From: Methanolobus sp.
GTDB taxonomy: Archaea > Halobacteriota > Methanosarcinia > Methanosarcinales > Methanosarcinaceae
DNA length: 64,000 bases
NCBI GenBank assembly: GCA_021767785.1
Contig: JAASSR010000001.1
Span: forward strand, 7,745-71,744
Direction: 5' to 3'
The notes below the pieces were generated by a model. It saw only the letters and a program-made list of their open reading frames with translations, was not told the origin of the DNA and made no database searches. Shown in pieces: positions 9,630 to 20,619 of the stretch. Position numbers and translations under genes: made by a program. Every line of letters starts with the position of its first letter. The first letter of the stretch is position 1.

Positions 9630-10879
9630 TCCAGGAGATAATCCTCTTCAAGGAAATCTTCATCTTCTTCCTTTTCTTCCTCATCCCTGCGTTTTTTCCA
9701 CGAGTAAGCTATCAAAGCCACCACAGCAATTGCAACTATACCTGCCACGATCCAGGTTCCTGTGGAGCTTCCCTCCTCTTCATTATCTGAATGGATGACT
9801 CCGGATTCCAGAGATATTTCCTGTGAAATCGCAGTATATGTATTGTCAGGGTCCCTGAATTCAATGAGTACAGGTATTGAAGTGATATTTTTTGATGTGA
9901 TACGGGCGCTGAGTTCGAAACTGCTGAAATCATCGGCTTCCAGGGTTCCTATGAAATAATTGGCATAGGGTTGTATGGATTCAATACCTTCCATATCATC
10001 TATTGATACAAGTACGTTCTTTGCGTCGGTAATTCCGAAATTATTCAGGTCACCTGAAATAGTATGTCTGGTTCCACTGCTCTCTATCTCAATACCAGTG
10101 AATACAAGTGGTGATTGTCTTATGATCGTGATATCCTTGACTTCTGTTTCTGAACTGTGAAGGTTGTCTCCGTTGAAATAGGAAACTGAGAATGATACAT
10201 TGCTGTATCCTTCCTCACAGAACATGCTGTTCAGGGTGAATGTAGCAGTGGATTTGTTACCCTGTGGAATACTGCCTACAAAGTAATCCGAAGGACTGAA
10301 TGTCATGTCTTCAGCATAAGGAGTTACTATTACACTTGTTACATCGTTAGGTCTTCTGTTCACTACGTCCACGCTCACAGAAGATACTTCGTTCATCAGA
10401 GTTCCGGGGACGTTGGACATTATCACCTTTACATTCCTGTCATCAACTTTGACAGGTATGCGGTAATTGAGGTCGTACATGTTGCTGCCTCCCACTATGA
10501 TGAGATCTACAAAATGTACTCCTGTATCAGCGCTCTCTTTTACCTTTACATTGAAAGTGAGTTTAAGAGTGTCTCCCGGACCAAGCAGTCCCACATCGGT
10601 ATAACTCCTGTCGATTATTTCCAGGTTGCTGTTACCATCAAGGCTTGCACTGGCGATGTAGGCATTCATATCCAGTGTTTCATCATCTTCTTCTACATAT
10701 ATCTCGCCTGTTGCCATATTCTCAAGAGTGACTGTGATGGTTCCCATATCACCGGGCATAAAGACCTCCGGCTCGATCTCGTAATCAAGGGTAAGTGTGG
10801 GTCTGATCTCCGTAGTTGCAGAACCGCTGAATGAGAATGTTGCCAGGAGGAACATGGCCAATACAATTGCTTTGATCAT
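9626..10879 (-). CDS. COG1361 S-layer-domain (Ig-like) membrane-anchored protein
   Basis: Signal peptide, PEVFMPGD, beta-rich repeats, C-terminal TM plus KKRR and an acidic tail. Confidence 0.75.
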   Translation of the reverse strand: MIKAIVLAMFLLATFSFSGSATTEIRPTLTLDYEIEPEVFMPGDMGTITVTLENMATGEIYVEEDDETLDMNAYIASASLDGNSNLEIIDRSYTDVGLLGPGDTLKLTFNVKVKESADTGVHFVDLIIVGGSNMYDLNYRIPVKVDDRNVKVIMSNVPGTLMNEVSSVSVDVVNRRPNDVTSVIVTPYAEDMTFSPSDYFVGSIPQGNKSTATFTLNSMFCEEGYSNVSFSVSYFNGDNLHSSETEVKDITIIRQSPLVFTGIEIESSGTRHTISGDLNNFGITDAKNVLVSIDDMEGIESIQPYANYFIGTLEADDFSSFELSARITSKNITSIPVLIEFRDPDNTYTAISQEISLESGVIHSDNEEEGSSTGTWIVAGIVAIAVVALIAYSWKKRRDEEEKEEDEDFLEEDYLLE

Positions 10880-10888
10880 AATTTTACC

Positions 10889-11521
10889 TTATATATTAAT
10901 TAGTTTCAAACTGTACACCGAGTAGAGTATATAGATGAGTATTGGAACTCCTACAGTGATCAAAGCATTTTTGAAACTCAGATTTCTGGCATACATGATC
11001 CCGAATATCCATATATTAGCACTCCAGAGTGTAAATATTATGCCTATAATTCCGGCGATCTTCATGGAAGGGTCAGATACGAGTATTTCCTGTATGGTTT
11101 GCGGGTCTATGGAACTGAAATCAATATTCGAAAACATCTTGTTTGTGTAATAAAGGCTAATAAGGGAACTGGCTATACTCGGTATGAATCCATAGGATAC
11201 GAACTGCATAACTCTTTTGAAATCTCCTTCACCATTAAACAATAAAGATATTATATAGAATACCAGGCTGTACATTACCCACCCTATTATAACACCTATT
11301 ATCCCGCCAATAATACCTATAGCTGCACCGATCCCTGCAAAAGTGGCTGCTTCTTGAGGCATTGTTTTCATTATCTGTGCTGTCACCATATAAGCGCTTA
11401 TGGCACTTACAATTGCCATAATGGTCATGATGATTAGTGGTGTTTTCCACTCGACCTTCTCATTGATCTTTTTTCTGAAAAACCCATTTGGGTCTGTTAA
11501 TACTTCCAGCATAATTTCCAC
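10889..11521 (-). CDS. Yip1-domain membrane protein
   Basis: VLTDPNGFF N-terminus, five hydrophobic segments, GEGDFKRV..FVSYGFIP. Confidence 0.78.
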   Translation of the reverse strand: MEIMLEVLTDPNGFFRKKINEKVEWKTPLIIMTIMAIVSAISAYMVTAQIMKTMPQEAATFAGIGAAIGIIGGIIGVIIGWVMYSLVFYIISLLFNGEGDFKRVMQFVSYGFIPSIASSLISLYYTNKMFSNIDFSSIDPQTIQEILVSDPSMKIAGIIGIIFTLWSANIWIFGIMYARNLSFKNALITVGVPILIYILYSVYSLKLINI

Positions 11522-11567
11522 ATCCTTCCTTTAAGTTCATATATCTATAACTTTCAATATTCAAATC

Positions 11568-11584
11568 TGTCGATCTATAGTCGA
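11568..11584. promoter_or_regulatory. Operator-like 17-bp motif, copy 1 (TGTCGATCTATAGTCGA)
   Basis: 14/17 identical to 16351-16367. Lies within a larger inverted repeat (CAATATTC 11555-11562 / GAATATTG 11583-11590) in the divergent promoter region. Confidence 0.45.
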
Positions 11585-11756
11585 ATATTGGAAGTATCTA
11601 TGTATATTTATACTTTGTTGTTTCGATCGATATTAGTATTGAAAATCTGTTCTGGTTCCTACTAGGCAGAATTTTTGCCGTTCTGCAACGAACCTTTTTA
11701 TAAGTTCAGACCAAAATAAACCCAAAACATAAAAAAAAGATGTCTTTAGATTGTAA

Positions 11757-12506
11757 GTGGGGTTCAACGTGAAAACGCTTTCAAAAGACATACCCAATGT
11801 GGGGTTTGTCAATTCGGGCAATAATGGCAATGATGTTCCTGTTATTGAGCTTATAAAGCTTTGTAAGAGCTATCATGTAGGGGATATGGATGTTCCCATA
11901 CTCAAAAGTATAGATCTCAGGATCATGAGTGGTGAATTTGTTGCTATAATGGGTCCTTCTGGCTCAGGGAAAAGCACTTTAATGAATATGATAGGTTGCC
12001 TTGACAGACCCAACTGCGGAAAGGTAATCCTTATGGGTAAGGATGTGAATACTCTTACCGACCCGGAACTTGCAAAACTGCGAGGTCTTGAAATAGGTTT
12101 TGTTTTCCAGAACTTTAACCTGGTTCCACGACTCACAACACTCCAGAACATCGAACTTCCTACTTATGCAAATAAAAAAGCCGGAGTAGATGCCAGAAAC
12201 AAAGCTCAGGAGCTTGTGGAAATGGTGGGGCTTAAAGAGCGTATGAACTACAAACCCTCGGAAATGTCAGGAGGACAGCAACAGAGGGTTGCAATTGCAA
12301 GGGCGTTGATTAATGATCCTTCCCTTATTCTTGCCGATGAGCCCACAGGTAATCTTGATTCTGTGACTGGTGAGGAGATCATGGGTATATTTTCCGATCT
12401 GAATAAAAAAGGAAGGACAATAGTTATGATCACACATGATCCTGATCTTGCAGAGTATGCTGACAGGATAGTATATCTTAAGGACGGAATTATAGGTAGC
12501 AACTAA
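11757..12506 (+). CDS. LolD/MacB-type ABC ATPase
   Basis: [34 protein letters not shown]. Start position uncertain. Confidence 0.95.
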   Translation: MGFNVKTLSKDIPNVGFVNSGNNGNDVPVIELIKLCKSYHVGDMDVPILKSIDLRIMSGEFVAIMGPSGSGKSTLMNMIGCLDRPNCGKVILMGKDVNTLTDPELAKLRGLEIGFVFQNFNLVPRLTTLQNIELPTYANKKAGVDARNKAQELVEMVGLKERMNYKPSEMSGGQQQRVAIARALINDPSLILADEPTGNLDSVTGEEIMGIFSDLNKKGRTIVMITHDPDLAEYADRIVYLKDGIIGSN

Positions 12507-12527
12507 AGGAAAAAAAGAGGAAATATT

Positions 12528-13760
12528 ATGTTGGGGAAATATAAAACGGTTCTATATATCGCCGTTGTGTTATTGTTTTTATTTCTTTTGCCGTTGAACG
12601 CATCCGCTGCTGATGGCGCGGATCTGAGGGTCAGCATTCTTAAATATGACCCTGTCCCTGCAGAGATAGGTGAGTATGTCAGTGTCTGGGTCAAAGTGGA
12701 AAATCTGGGTTATGCAAAGGCTGATGACCTTTCCATAAGGATGGTTCCTGAATATCCTTTTAGCATTGACAGTGCAGAAAATGCGGAGGTGAATGTCGGT
12801 ATATTGACACCTGATAATGCTGCGGTTCACGAATTCAGACTTTATACTGATCCCGGTGCAAAGCAGGGTACAGGGACCATTGAAGTGTGGTATCAGGAAG
12901 ATTCCGGTGGTACATGGTTCAAGAAAGAATTCGATCTCAGGGTTGGTTCTGATTCTTTTGACAGTAAAGGTACCATGGAACTTGCAGAGGATCCTGTCAA
13001 AGAACCCGAGGTCTTTATGCCCGGGGATACCGGCACCATTTCTTTTACACTCCAGAACAGTGCTTCGGCTTATACAGTAACTATTGACGGTGAACAGTAC
13101 GATACCAATGCCAGGGTCCAGTCAGCTTCACTTCAGGGTGTGGAAGGAATAAAAGTAACAACGGAAACATATTATGGAAATGGTGTAATCGGACCCGGTG
13201 AGTCCATAGACCTGACTTATAATCTTGAGGTCGATGAATCGATACCTGACGGAACGTATTATCTCACATTTTCAACTGTTGGTAGTTCTCATTCATACAA
13301 CAGTAACTGGAGAATACCACTAAAGGTTGATTCTTCATCCGTAAGGGTCATTCCTTCAAAACCACTTGCACTTGAGAATGGAGAAGGGACACTAGAATTC
13401 GATGTTGCCAATATTCATCCCAACGCACTTTCTTCTGTAAGTGTAAAACTGGAAGCCGAGGGAGTTGAGTTCTCTCCTTCGGAGTATTTCATCGGTTCTA
13501 TGGATTCAGATGAACTTTTTACCATCGAAGTGGATGCTAAAGCCGAGTCAGAGGATATCTCATTTCCCCTCGATCTTTTGATCTATGCGGATTACAGGAA
13601 CGGTCTGAATGAGCATACAGAACAGGTGGATGTCCGCCAGTTGCAACATCATGTAGTTGAAAACGAGAACGATTATGGCATCTACATAGCAGCTGCTCTT
13701 CTGATCGTTGTGGCGGCAGGGGCCTATGTTTTTTACAGGCGCAGAAAAGAAAATGAGTGA
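12528..13760 (+). CDS. COG1361 S-layer-domain membrane-anchored protein
   Basis: Signal peptide, YDPVPAEIGEYV..VKVEN.G, PEVFMPGD, C-terminal TM plus RRRK. Confidence 0.78.
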   Translation: MLGKYKTVLYIAVVLLFLFLLPLNASAADGADLRVSILKYDPVPAEIGEYVSVWVKVENLGYAKADDLSIRMVPEYPFSIDSAENAEVNVGILTPDNAAVHEFRLYTDPGAKQGTGTIEVWYQEDSGGTWFKKEFDLRVGSDSFDSKGTMELAEDPVKEPEVFMPGDTGTISFTLQNSASAYTVTIDGEQYDTNARVQSASLQGVEGIKVTTETYYGNGVIGPGESIDLTYNLEVDESIPDGTYYLTFSTVGSSHSYNSNWRIPLKVDSSSVRVIPSKPLALENGEGTLEFDVANIHPNALSSVSVKLEAEGVEFSPSEYFIGSMDSDELFTIEVDAKAESEDISFPLDLLIYADYRNGLNEHTEQVDVRQLQHHVVENENDYGIYIAAALLIVVAAGAYVFYRRRKENE

Positions 13761-13798
13761 AGACTAAATTTCAAGGATATATGTCAGGATAAGCCTTT

Positions 13799-15013
13799 AT
13801 GTTAAGTCCGGCTCAGGCTATAAGGATCTCAGTGGGAAGTATTGGAAGCTCCAAGTTAAGGTCCGCTCTAACGACTCTTGGAATCATCATTGGAGTAGCG
13901 GCAGTTATAGCCAATGTTTCACTTGGCGCCAGTTTCAATCAGTATTTCGATGATGAGATCGGAGCTGTGGGTTCGAATTTCATAGTAATCTACAGCCAGA
14001 ACATTGATGTGTTCTTTGATCGGGAACTGGAGATCATAAGGAATACGCCGGGTGTTGAGGGAGTTTCACCAATAAATCAGCAGATGGCGCAGGTAACTTA
14101 CATGTCTACGTCGCGGCAGATAGATATTCAGGGGGTTACAGCGGATTATGATGACGTTGCTAATTTCGAAATGGATTCTGGAACGTTCCTTACTGATAAG
14201 GATCAATATGTTGCTGTTATAGGTGCTGAAGTTGCTTATGAAAAGTTCGATAAGAAGATATCTATAAAGAATCCCATAGATATAACTTTCAGGAGAGAGG
14301 ACGGCGGGGTTGTTACCCGTACTTTTATCGTAAAAGGTGTTATTCAGGATCCAAACACGACCTTTGCACAGACTGGAGTTGAACCTGAGATACGTGTGTT
14401 CATCCCTATTGAGATCATGAACGACATACTGGGAAAAGATGATTATGGAGGCTTTTTTGTAAAGGCTCAGAGTCTTGAAATTGTCAGGGAGACAGGAGAT
14501 GAGATAGACAAACGCCTGGCACGCAGTCTTGGTGTTCCAAGCAGGGAACTTGAGAATGATGATACAAAACCTTATGTCCTGTTCGATCAGCTCGAAATTC
14601 TTGAGCAGACAGATCAACTATCCTCTGCCCTTACGTCACTTTTAACATCAGTAGCTCTTATTTCACTGGTTGTTGGCTCCATCGGAATAATGAACATCAT
14701 GCTTGTGACAGTTGCAGAAAGAACCAGAGAGATAGGCCTTTTGAAATCACTGGGATTCAGTGAAAAGGATGTTCTGGCACTTTTTATTATAGAATCCATG
14801 ATAGTTGGGCTTATTGGTGGTATATTCGGTACTGCTCTTGGAATAGGTGCTGCTCACATTGCAAATGGCATTCTGGATGTTCCGGATGTATTTCCTACAA
14901 GTCTCATAGTTCTCGGATTCCTTGTATCCATACTTGTGGGATTGGTGGCAGGGGTATATCCTGCAAGGAAGGCTGCCCGTATGAATCCTGTTGAGGCTTT
15001 GAGGAAGGAGTGA
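13799..15013 (+). CDS. MacB-type ABC permease
   Basis: [52 protein letters not shown]. Confidence 0.93.
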   Translation: MLSPAQAIRISVGSIGSSKLRSALTTLGIIIGVAAVIANVSLGASFNQYFDDEIGAVGSNFIVIYSQNIDVFFDRELEIIRNTPGVEGVSPINQQMAQVTYMSTSRQIDIQGVTADYDDVANFEMDSGTFLTDKDQYVAVIGAEVAYEKFDKKISIKNPIDITFRREDGGVVTRTFIVKGVIQDPNTTFAQTGVEPEIRVFIPIEIMNDILGKDDYGGFFVKAQSLEIVRETGDEIDKRLARSLGVPSRELENDDTKPYVLFDQLEILEQTDQLSSALTSLLTSVALISLVVGSIGIMNIMLVTVAERTREIGLLKSLGFSEKDVLALFIIESMIVGLIGGIFGTALGIGAAHIANGILDVPDVFPTSLIVLGFLVSILVGLVAGVYPARKAARMNPVEALRKE

Positions 15014-16230
15014 ACATGATAGACCTTAAACATGCATTTGTCATTGCACTCGGAAGTATCAGCAGTGCAAAGCTCCGTTCAACCCTCACGGCTTTAGGCA
15101 TCATAATTGGTGTTGCAGCAGTGGTGGCCAACGTATCACTTGGCGCCAGTTTCAACCAGTATTTCACAGATGAACTTGGTTCCCTTGGTTCGAATTTCAT
15201 AATCATATACAGTCAGGATGTCAATATTTTCTATGACAATGAGCTGGAACTGATAAAGAACACTCCCGGTATAGAAGGAGTTTCTCCATTTAACCAGCAA
15301 ACAGCGGCGGTTACGTATCTGTCTTCTACAAGGCAGATAGATGTTCAGGGGGTATCGGAAGATGCCCAGTACATCTCTAACCTGCTGGTAGAAGAGGGTA
15401 ATTTCCTTACTGATAAGGATAAGTATGTGGCTGTTCTGGGTAAAGAGATTGCAGAGGAGAAGTTCGATAAGGATATTTCCATTAAGAACTATGTTGACAT
15501 TACCATAAAACGTCAGGATGGTACAAGTGTTACCCGCAAGTTCAGGGTAAAAGGAATACTCCAGAGTGAAGACAATACTTTTGTACAGGGTGGCCCGGAC
15601 CGTGATGTCACCATATACGTCCCTATCTCTACGCTGAATGAGATGTTGAACGTTACTGATTATGGTGGTTTTTCCGCAAATACGGGGAGTGCCGAATCTG
15701 TCAGGGAAGTATCCGATGAGGTGGACAAGCGTCTTGCAAGATCGCTTGGAGTTCCCACAAGGGATCTGGATAATGATGATGCTAAACCTTACAGGATATT
15801 TAACCAGGCCGAGATAATAGAACAACTGAATACGCTCTCTAACTCATTGACAATACTTATCACTCTAATAGCTCTTGTGGCCCTTCTAGTGGGATCTATA
15901 GGTATAATGAACATTATGCTTGTGACAGTTACCGAAAGAACCCGTGAGATCGGTCTGTTGAAATCGCTGGGTTACACAAAACCAAGTATTATTTTTCTTT
16001 TCATAACGGAATCAATAATAGTAGGTGTGATTGGTGGAATACTCGGCACACTTATGGGTCTGGTTGGTTCCTATATTGTTGAGGTTTACCTGAACATACC
16101 TCCGGTGTTCCCGTTCTATCTGATATTCCTGGGTTTTTTCATATCGGTGCTGGTGGGTCTGATCGCCGGGGTATATCCTGCCAACAAGGCAGCTAATCTT
16201 GATCCTGTAGAAGCTCTAAGGCATGAATAA
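15010..16230 (+). CDS. MacB-type ABC permease (tandem paralog)
   Basis: Same motifs as 13799-15013; overlaps its stop codon. Confidence 0.93.
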   Translation: MNMIDLKHAFVIALGSISSAKLRSTLTALGIIIGVAAVVANVSLGASFNQYFTDELGSLGSNFIIIYSQDVNIFYDNELELIKNTPGIEGVSPFNQQTAAVTYLSSTRQIDVQGVSEDAQYISNLLVEEGNFLTDKDKYVAVLGKEIAEEKFDKDISIKNYVDITIKRQDGTSVTRKFRVKGILQSEDNTFVQGGPDRDVTIYVPISTLNEMLNVTDYGGFSANTGSAESVREVSDEVDKRLARSLGVPTRDLDNDDAKPYRIFNQAEIIEQLNTLSNSLTILITLIALVALLVGSIGIMNIMLVTVTERTREIGLLKSLGYTKPSIIFLFITESIIVGVIGGILGTLMGLVGSYIVEVYLNIPPVFPFYLIFLGFFISVLVGLIAGVYPANKAANLDPVEALRHE

Positions 16231-16347
16231 AGTCAAATCTACCTGTTTCTGATCAGCTGATTTATTGTGTCTTTATCTTTGATTCCAATTTTATACTCGA
16301 ACCTGTCTATTCATAGAAAGGTTTAAGTATTTATACTACATCATCGG

Positions 16348-16369
16348 ACTTGACGATATATAGTCAAGT
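16348..16369. promoter_or_regulatory. Operator-like inverted repeat ACTTGAC-N8-GTCAAGT (motif copy 2)
   Basis: Perfect 7-bp arms located at the predicted TSS, downstream of GAAAGG-TTTAAGTA (about 16316-16329). Confidence 0.5.
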
Positions 16370-16392
16370 TGGTATATGTGAGGTAAATGTAA

Positions 16393-17097
16393 ATGGCTGG
16401 TAACAATTTGAATGTTCCGGATGGCAGGAATGTCATTGCCATCTCCGGTCTTAAGAAAAGCTATTTCCTTGGTGATATGGAAGTACCGATCCTGCACGGA
16501 ATCGATCTGAGTATCAAACGGGGAGAGTTCGTTGCGATAATGGGTCCTTCCGGATCAGGAAAAAGTACTCTGATGAATATGATAGGATGTCTGGATAGGC
16601 CCACAGGAGGAAAGGTTCTTCTAATGGGTAAAGACACAGGTTCTATCACTGATAACGAGCTTGCTGAACTACGTGGGTTTGAGATCGGCTTTGTTTTCCA
16701 GAATTTCAATCTCATCCCCAGGCTCAGTGCCTATGAAAATATAATGCTCCCTACATATTCCAATACAAAGCAGGGAATGGACACCTCCGGAAGAGCACGG
16801 GAGCTGTTGAAACTCGTGGGTCTGGATGACCGTATGGGTCACAGGCCATCGGAATTATCGGGAGGACAGAGACAAAGGGTTGCAATAGCAAGGTCTCTGA
16901 TCAATGATCCCTCTCTGATATTGGCAGATGAGCCTACCGGTAATCTTGACTCAAAGACCAGTGAAGAAATAATGGGGCTATTCTCAGACCTTCACAAAAA
17001 AGGTCGTACTATTGTAATGATCACACATGATCCGGAAATGGAACCATATGTGGACAGAGTAGTTCGCATCAAAGACGGATATATTGAAAATAATTAA
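16393..17097 (+). CDS. LolD/MacB-type ABC ATPase
   Basis: [32 protein letters not shown]. Close paralog of 11757-12506. Confidence 0.95.
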   Translation: MAGNNLNVPDGRNVIAISGLKKSYFLGDMEVPILHGIDLSIKRGEFVAIMGPSGSGKSTLMNMIGCLDRPTGGKVLLMGKDTGSITDNELAELRGFEIGFVFQNFNLIPRLSAYENIMLPTYSNTKQGMDTSGRARELLKLVGLDDRMGHRPSELSGGQRQRVAIARSLINDPSLILADEPTGNLDSKTSEEIMGLFSDLHKKGRTIVMITHDPEMEPYVDRVVRIKDGYIENN

Positions 17098-17109
17098 GGG
17101 TGGTTAAGA

Positions 17110-18345
17110 ATGAATTTAATTGGTGTTGTTAAAAGATCGTTTTATATCTTACTCAGTATCGCTTTGTTAAGTACTTCTTCCATGTTACCTGCATTAGCAG
17201 ATTCGGGCGCTACAATGAAGGTTGATATTATAGATTACGAACCTTTCCCCGCTCAGATAGGCGAATATGTAGATGTCCATGTCAAGATCGAGAACGTGGG
17301 CTATGGACGTGCTGATGCAGTTTCCTTAAAGATGGAGCCTGAATATCCGTTCTCTCTGGATTCTGCCGGCAATGCAGTGGAATTTATAGGAATTCTATCC
17401 CCTGATGATGCAGCGATACATGAATATCGTTTATATGTGGACGAGAACGCAAAGGTGGGTACAGGCACAGTAGATGTTTACTATCAGGTCCATGAGGGAG
17501 GATCATGGTATAAGTCCGCCTTTGATCTTAAGGTCGGTTCCAGTACATTTGACAGCAAGGGAACTATAGAACTGACAGAAATTACCTGTGATCCTGTGGT
17601 TTTCATGCCAGGGGACAGGGGGACTGTAAGTTTTACCCTTACAAACACAGCAACTGAGAACTCGATATCAATAGACGGTGAAGACTACGATACAAATGCG
17701 CGTGTACAGTCTGCAGTTCTTAAAGGTACCGACGGAATTGATGTTACAAGTGACAGCTATATAGGTTCCGGTGTGATAGGTCCTGGTGATTCTATAACAT
17801 TGAGTTACAATGTAGAACTGCAGGACGATGTAAGAGACGGAACTTACTATCTGGATCTCTCAATGGTCGGTAATTCCTATACCTATAACAGTAACTGGAG
17901 AATTCCGGTAAAGGTAGATTCTGCTGCTGTAAGGGTCATACCTTCAAAACCAATGGAATTTACTAATGGTGAAGGAACACTTGAATTCGATGTTGCTAAT
18001 ATGCATCCGAACTCGATAAGCTCTGTAAGTGTAAAACTGGAAGCGGAAGGAGTTGATTTCTCTCCGGAAGAATACTTTGTAGGCTCCATGGATTCCGATG
18101 AGCTCTTTACCATAGAAATAAAGGGTAAAACCGCGATTGAAGAAGTAGCAATACCTGTCACCATCACAGTTGATTACAGGAATGGCATAAATGAACACAG
18201 CACCGAGGTTGCGGTTCGTGAGATTGAACTTGTGAGTGAGGACGAAGGTGGCAACGAAAATCTTGCGGTAATAGGTGCCGGAGCCATTTTGTTGCTGGGT
18301 ATTCCTGCAGTTGTATTCATGAAACGCAGGAAACAGAACGACTAA
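17110..18345 (+). CDS. COG1361 S-layer-domain membrane-anchored protein
   Basis: Close paralog of 12528-13760 (YDTNARVQSA, YNSNWRIP.KVDS, GSMDSDELFTIE). Confidence 0.78.
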   Translation: MNLIGVVKRSFYILLSIALLSTSSMLPALADSGATMKVDIIDYEPFPAQIGEYVDVHVKIENVGYGRADAVSLKMEPEYPFSLDSAGNAVEFIGILSPDDAAIHEYRLYVDENAKVGTGTVDVYYQVHEGGSWYKSAFDLKVGSSTFDSKGTIELTEITCDPVVFMPGDRGTVSFTLTNTATENSISIDGEDYDTNARVQSAVLKGTDGIDVTSDSYIGSGVIGPGDSITLSYNVELQDDVRDGTYYLDLSMVGNSYTYNSNWRIPVKVDSAAVRVIPSKPMEFTNGEGTLEFDVANMHPNSISSVSVKLEAEGVDFSPEEYFVGSMDSDELFTIEIKGKTAIEEVAIPVTITVDYRNGINEHSTEVAVREIELVSEDEGGNENLAVIGAGAILLLGIPAVVFMKRRKQND

Positions 18346-18361
18346 ATTCCAGGGTGAAACC

Positions 18362-19576
18362 ATGCTGAGTCTGAAACATTCCTTCAGAATGGCTGTGGGA
18401 AGCATTAGCAGTTCTAAATTAAGATCTGCCCTGACAACACTTGGTATTGTCATAGGTGTGGCCGCCGTAATTGCCAATGTATCCCTGGGAGCCAGTTTCA
18501 ATCAGTACTTCTCTCAGGAAATAGGTTCTGTAGGAAACAATTTCATTATTATTGAAGGTAAGACCTCTAATTTGTTCCATGATAATGAAATGGAAGTCGT
18601 AAAAAACACCCCTGGTATTGTGGGTGTGTCTCCGCTGAGTCAGGAAGTCGCCGAAGTGAAATATATTTCCACCAAACGACAGATAGCTGTTCAGGGAGTT
18701 TCTGAAGACTATGAGGAAGTAGCTAACATTCAGATGGAGAGCGGGACGTTCATAGATGACAAAGACAAGTATATGGCGGTAATAGGACATGATGTCGCCT
18801 ATGAGAAGTTCGACCGTAAGATCTCCGATAAAAATACCATAGAACTCACATTTACAAGACCCAGTGGTGAGACAGTAACCAGACAATTTAAGGTAAAGGG
18901 AATTGTTGACAGTCCGGAGACAACGTTTGTTCAGAGTGGTATAGAACCTGATGAAAGGGTCTTCATACCTATATCTACAATGAATGAGATAATGGGTGAA
19001 GATTACTACTGGGGGTTCTTTGCAGCAGCAACCAGCCTTGAATCCATAGATAGTGTAACTGAAGAGCTGGATAAGAGACTTGCAAGGGATCTTGGAGTTC
19101 CTTTCAGGGATCTGGACAATGAAGATGCAAAACCGTATTCACTTATGAATCAGGGTGAGATACTTGAAGAAGTTGACCAGCTTTCAGGTGCTTTAGGCTC
19201 ATTGCTGACTTCTGTTGCCCTGATATCGCTTATTGTGGGTTCCATCGGAATTATGAATATCATGCTGGTCACAGTGACCGAGAGGACCGGAGAAATAGGG
19301 ATTATGAAATCCCTGGGATATAAGAACTATGAGGTTCTGTCCCTGTTCATGGTGGAATCCATAGTAGTGGGTCTTTTCGGTGGAGTACTGGGTATCATAC
19401 TCGGTGTGGTCGGTGCATATGTTGCGGACAGTGCAATGGGTTTGCCATATGTGTTCCCTGTTGATATGATACTGACAGGGATGCTGGTGTCTGTGATAGT
19501 AGGATTGCTTGCAGGTATATATCCTGCTAATAAAGCAGCAAGGATGAATCCTGTGGATGCTCTTCGACACGAATGA
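18362..19576 (+). CDS. MacB-type ABC permease
   Basis: [36 protein letters not shown]. Confidence 0.93.
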   Translation: MLSLKHSFRMAVGSISSSKLRSALTTLGIVIGVAAVIANVSLGASFNQYFSQEIGSVGNNFIIIEGKTSNLFHDNEMEVVKNTPGIVGVSPLSQEVAEVKYISTKRQIAVQGVSEDYEEVANIQMESGTFIDDKDKYMAVIGHDVAYEKFDRKISDKNTIELTFTRPSGETVTRQFKVKGIVDSPETTFVQSGIEPDERVFIPISTMNEIMGEDYYWGFFAAATSLESIDSVTEELDKRLARDLGVPFRDLDNEDAKPYSLMNQGEILEEVDQLSGALGSLLTSVALISLIVGSIGIMNIMLVTVTERTGEIGIMKSLGYKNYEVLSLFMVESIVVGLFGGVLGIILGVVGAYVADSAMGLPYVFPVDMILTGMLVSVIVGLLAGIYPANKAARMNPVDALRHE

Positions 19577-19654
19577 TCGACATAATCCTTAATGATACTA
19601 AAAAAATAATAGATATGGAATAATTACATCAGGTATTAATCAGGTGATTCTAAT

Positions 19655-19888
19655 ATGTTCGATATATTCTTTGGATTTTCGTTTCTAATGCTCTTGATCT
19701 TCTTTGGAATAGGTGTACTCGGGACTTTGTTCTGGTTGTGGATGCTTATTGATTGTGCAACAAAAGAACCTTCCGAAGGAAATGATAAGCTTATATGGGT
19801 CATTGTGATTATTTTCACACATCTTCTTGGTGCACTTATCTACTTCTTCATAAGAAGACCAAAGCGTATTGAGGAGTTCGGAAGATAA
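19655..19888 (+). CDS. PLDc_N-domain small membrane protein
   Basis: WLWMLIDC...DKLIWVIVIIF..LLGALIYFF signature. Confidence 0.8.
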   Translation: MFDIFFGFSFLMLLIFFGIGVLGTLFWLWMLIDCATKEPSEGNDKLIWVIVIIFTHLLGALIYFFIRRPKRIEEFGR

Positions 19889-19998
19889 ATCTGGCTAATA
19901 GTGTGTGCATTATGTGACAGTATTCAGGAATCCTTAGATAGTATCGATAATTTAGTGAATGGTCTAAATTAAATGTTTATTATTAAAAAACGACAACT

Positions 19999-20619
19999 AT
20001 GGACACAAAAATACTTGATGTAGAAGCTGCACTTCGGGAATTCGTAAAAGTTGCTTTTGAAAAACAGACCTACATGAATATATTGTATCTGTTATTCTCA
20101 TTCCCCCTTGGAACAGCTTATTTTATATTTTTGGTTACAGGCCTCTCTTTAGGTTTTGGACTTCTTCTCATCTGGATAGGTATACCTGTTCTGTTGATTG
20201 TTTTCCTTGCCTGGTGGGAAATAGCGGCATTTGAGCGCCAGATGGCCATATGGTTTTTGGGGATTGATATTCCTTCTATGTCCCTGACACCCTTAAATGA
20301 AAAAAGTATCCTGGGTAGGTTTATTTACAGGCTTAAGAGCCCGGTTACATGGAAAGCCCTTTTATTCCTTATTGTTAAATTCCCGTTAGGCATCTTTTCA
20401 CTTGTGGCAATGGTAGTCCTTCTGGCAATGACAATGGGAATGATCTTTAATCCGTTGATCTATTTGACAGGTAACAGTCATGCAGCTACCTTGCAGGAAG
20501 CAATACTCATAGCAATTGCAGGTATTTTTGTGGGACTGGCGTCCATGCATGTGTTGAATCTCCTGGCGCATATCACAGGAAATTTTGCAAAAAGAATGCT
20601 TGGAGGTCATGAGACCTAA
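19999..20619 (+). CDS. Stand-alone membrane sensor-domain protein (PF13796-like)
   Basis: YLLFSFPLG, IWIGIP, ERQMA..LG.DIP, TWKALLFLIVKFPLG. Confidence 0.75.
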   Translation: MDTKILDVEAALREFVKVAFEKQTYMNILYLLFSFPLGTAYFIFLVTGLSLGFGLLLIWIGIPVLLIVFLAWWEIAAFERQMAIWFLGIDIPSMSLTPLNEKSILGRFIYRLKSPVTWKALLFLIVKFPLGIFSLVAMVVLLAMTMGMIFNPLIYLTGNSHAATLQEAILIAIAGIFVGLASMHVLNLLAHITGNFAKRMLGGHET

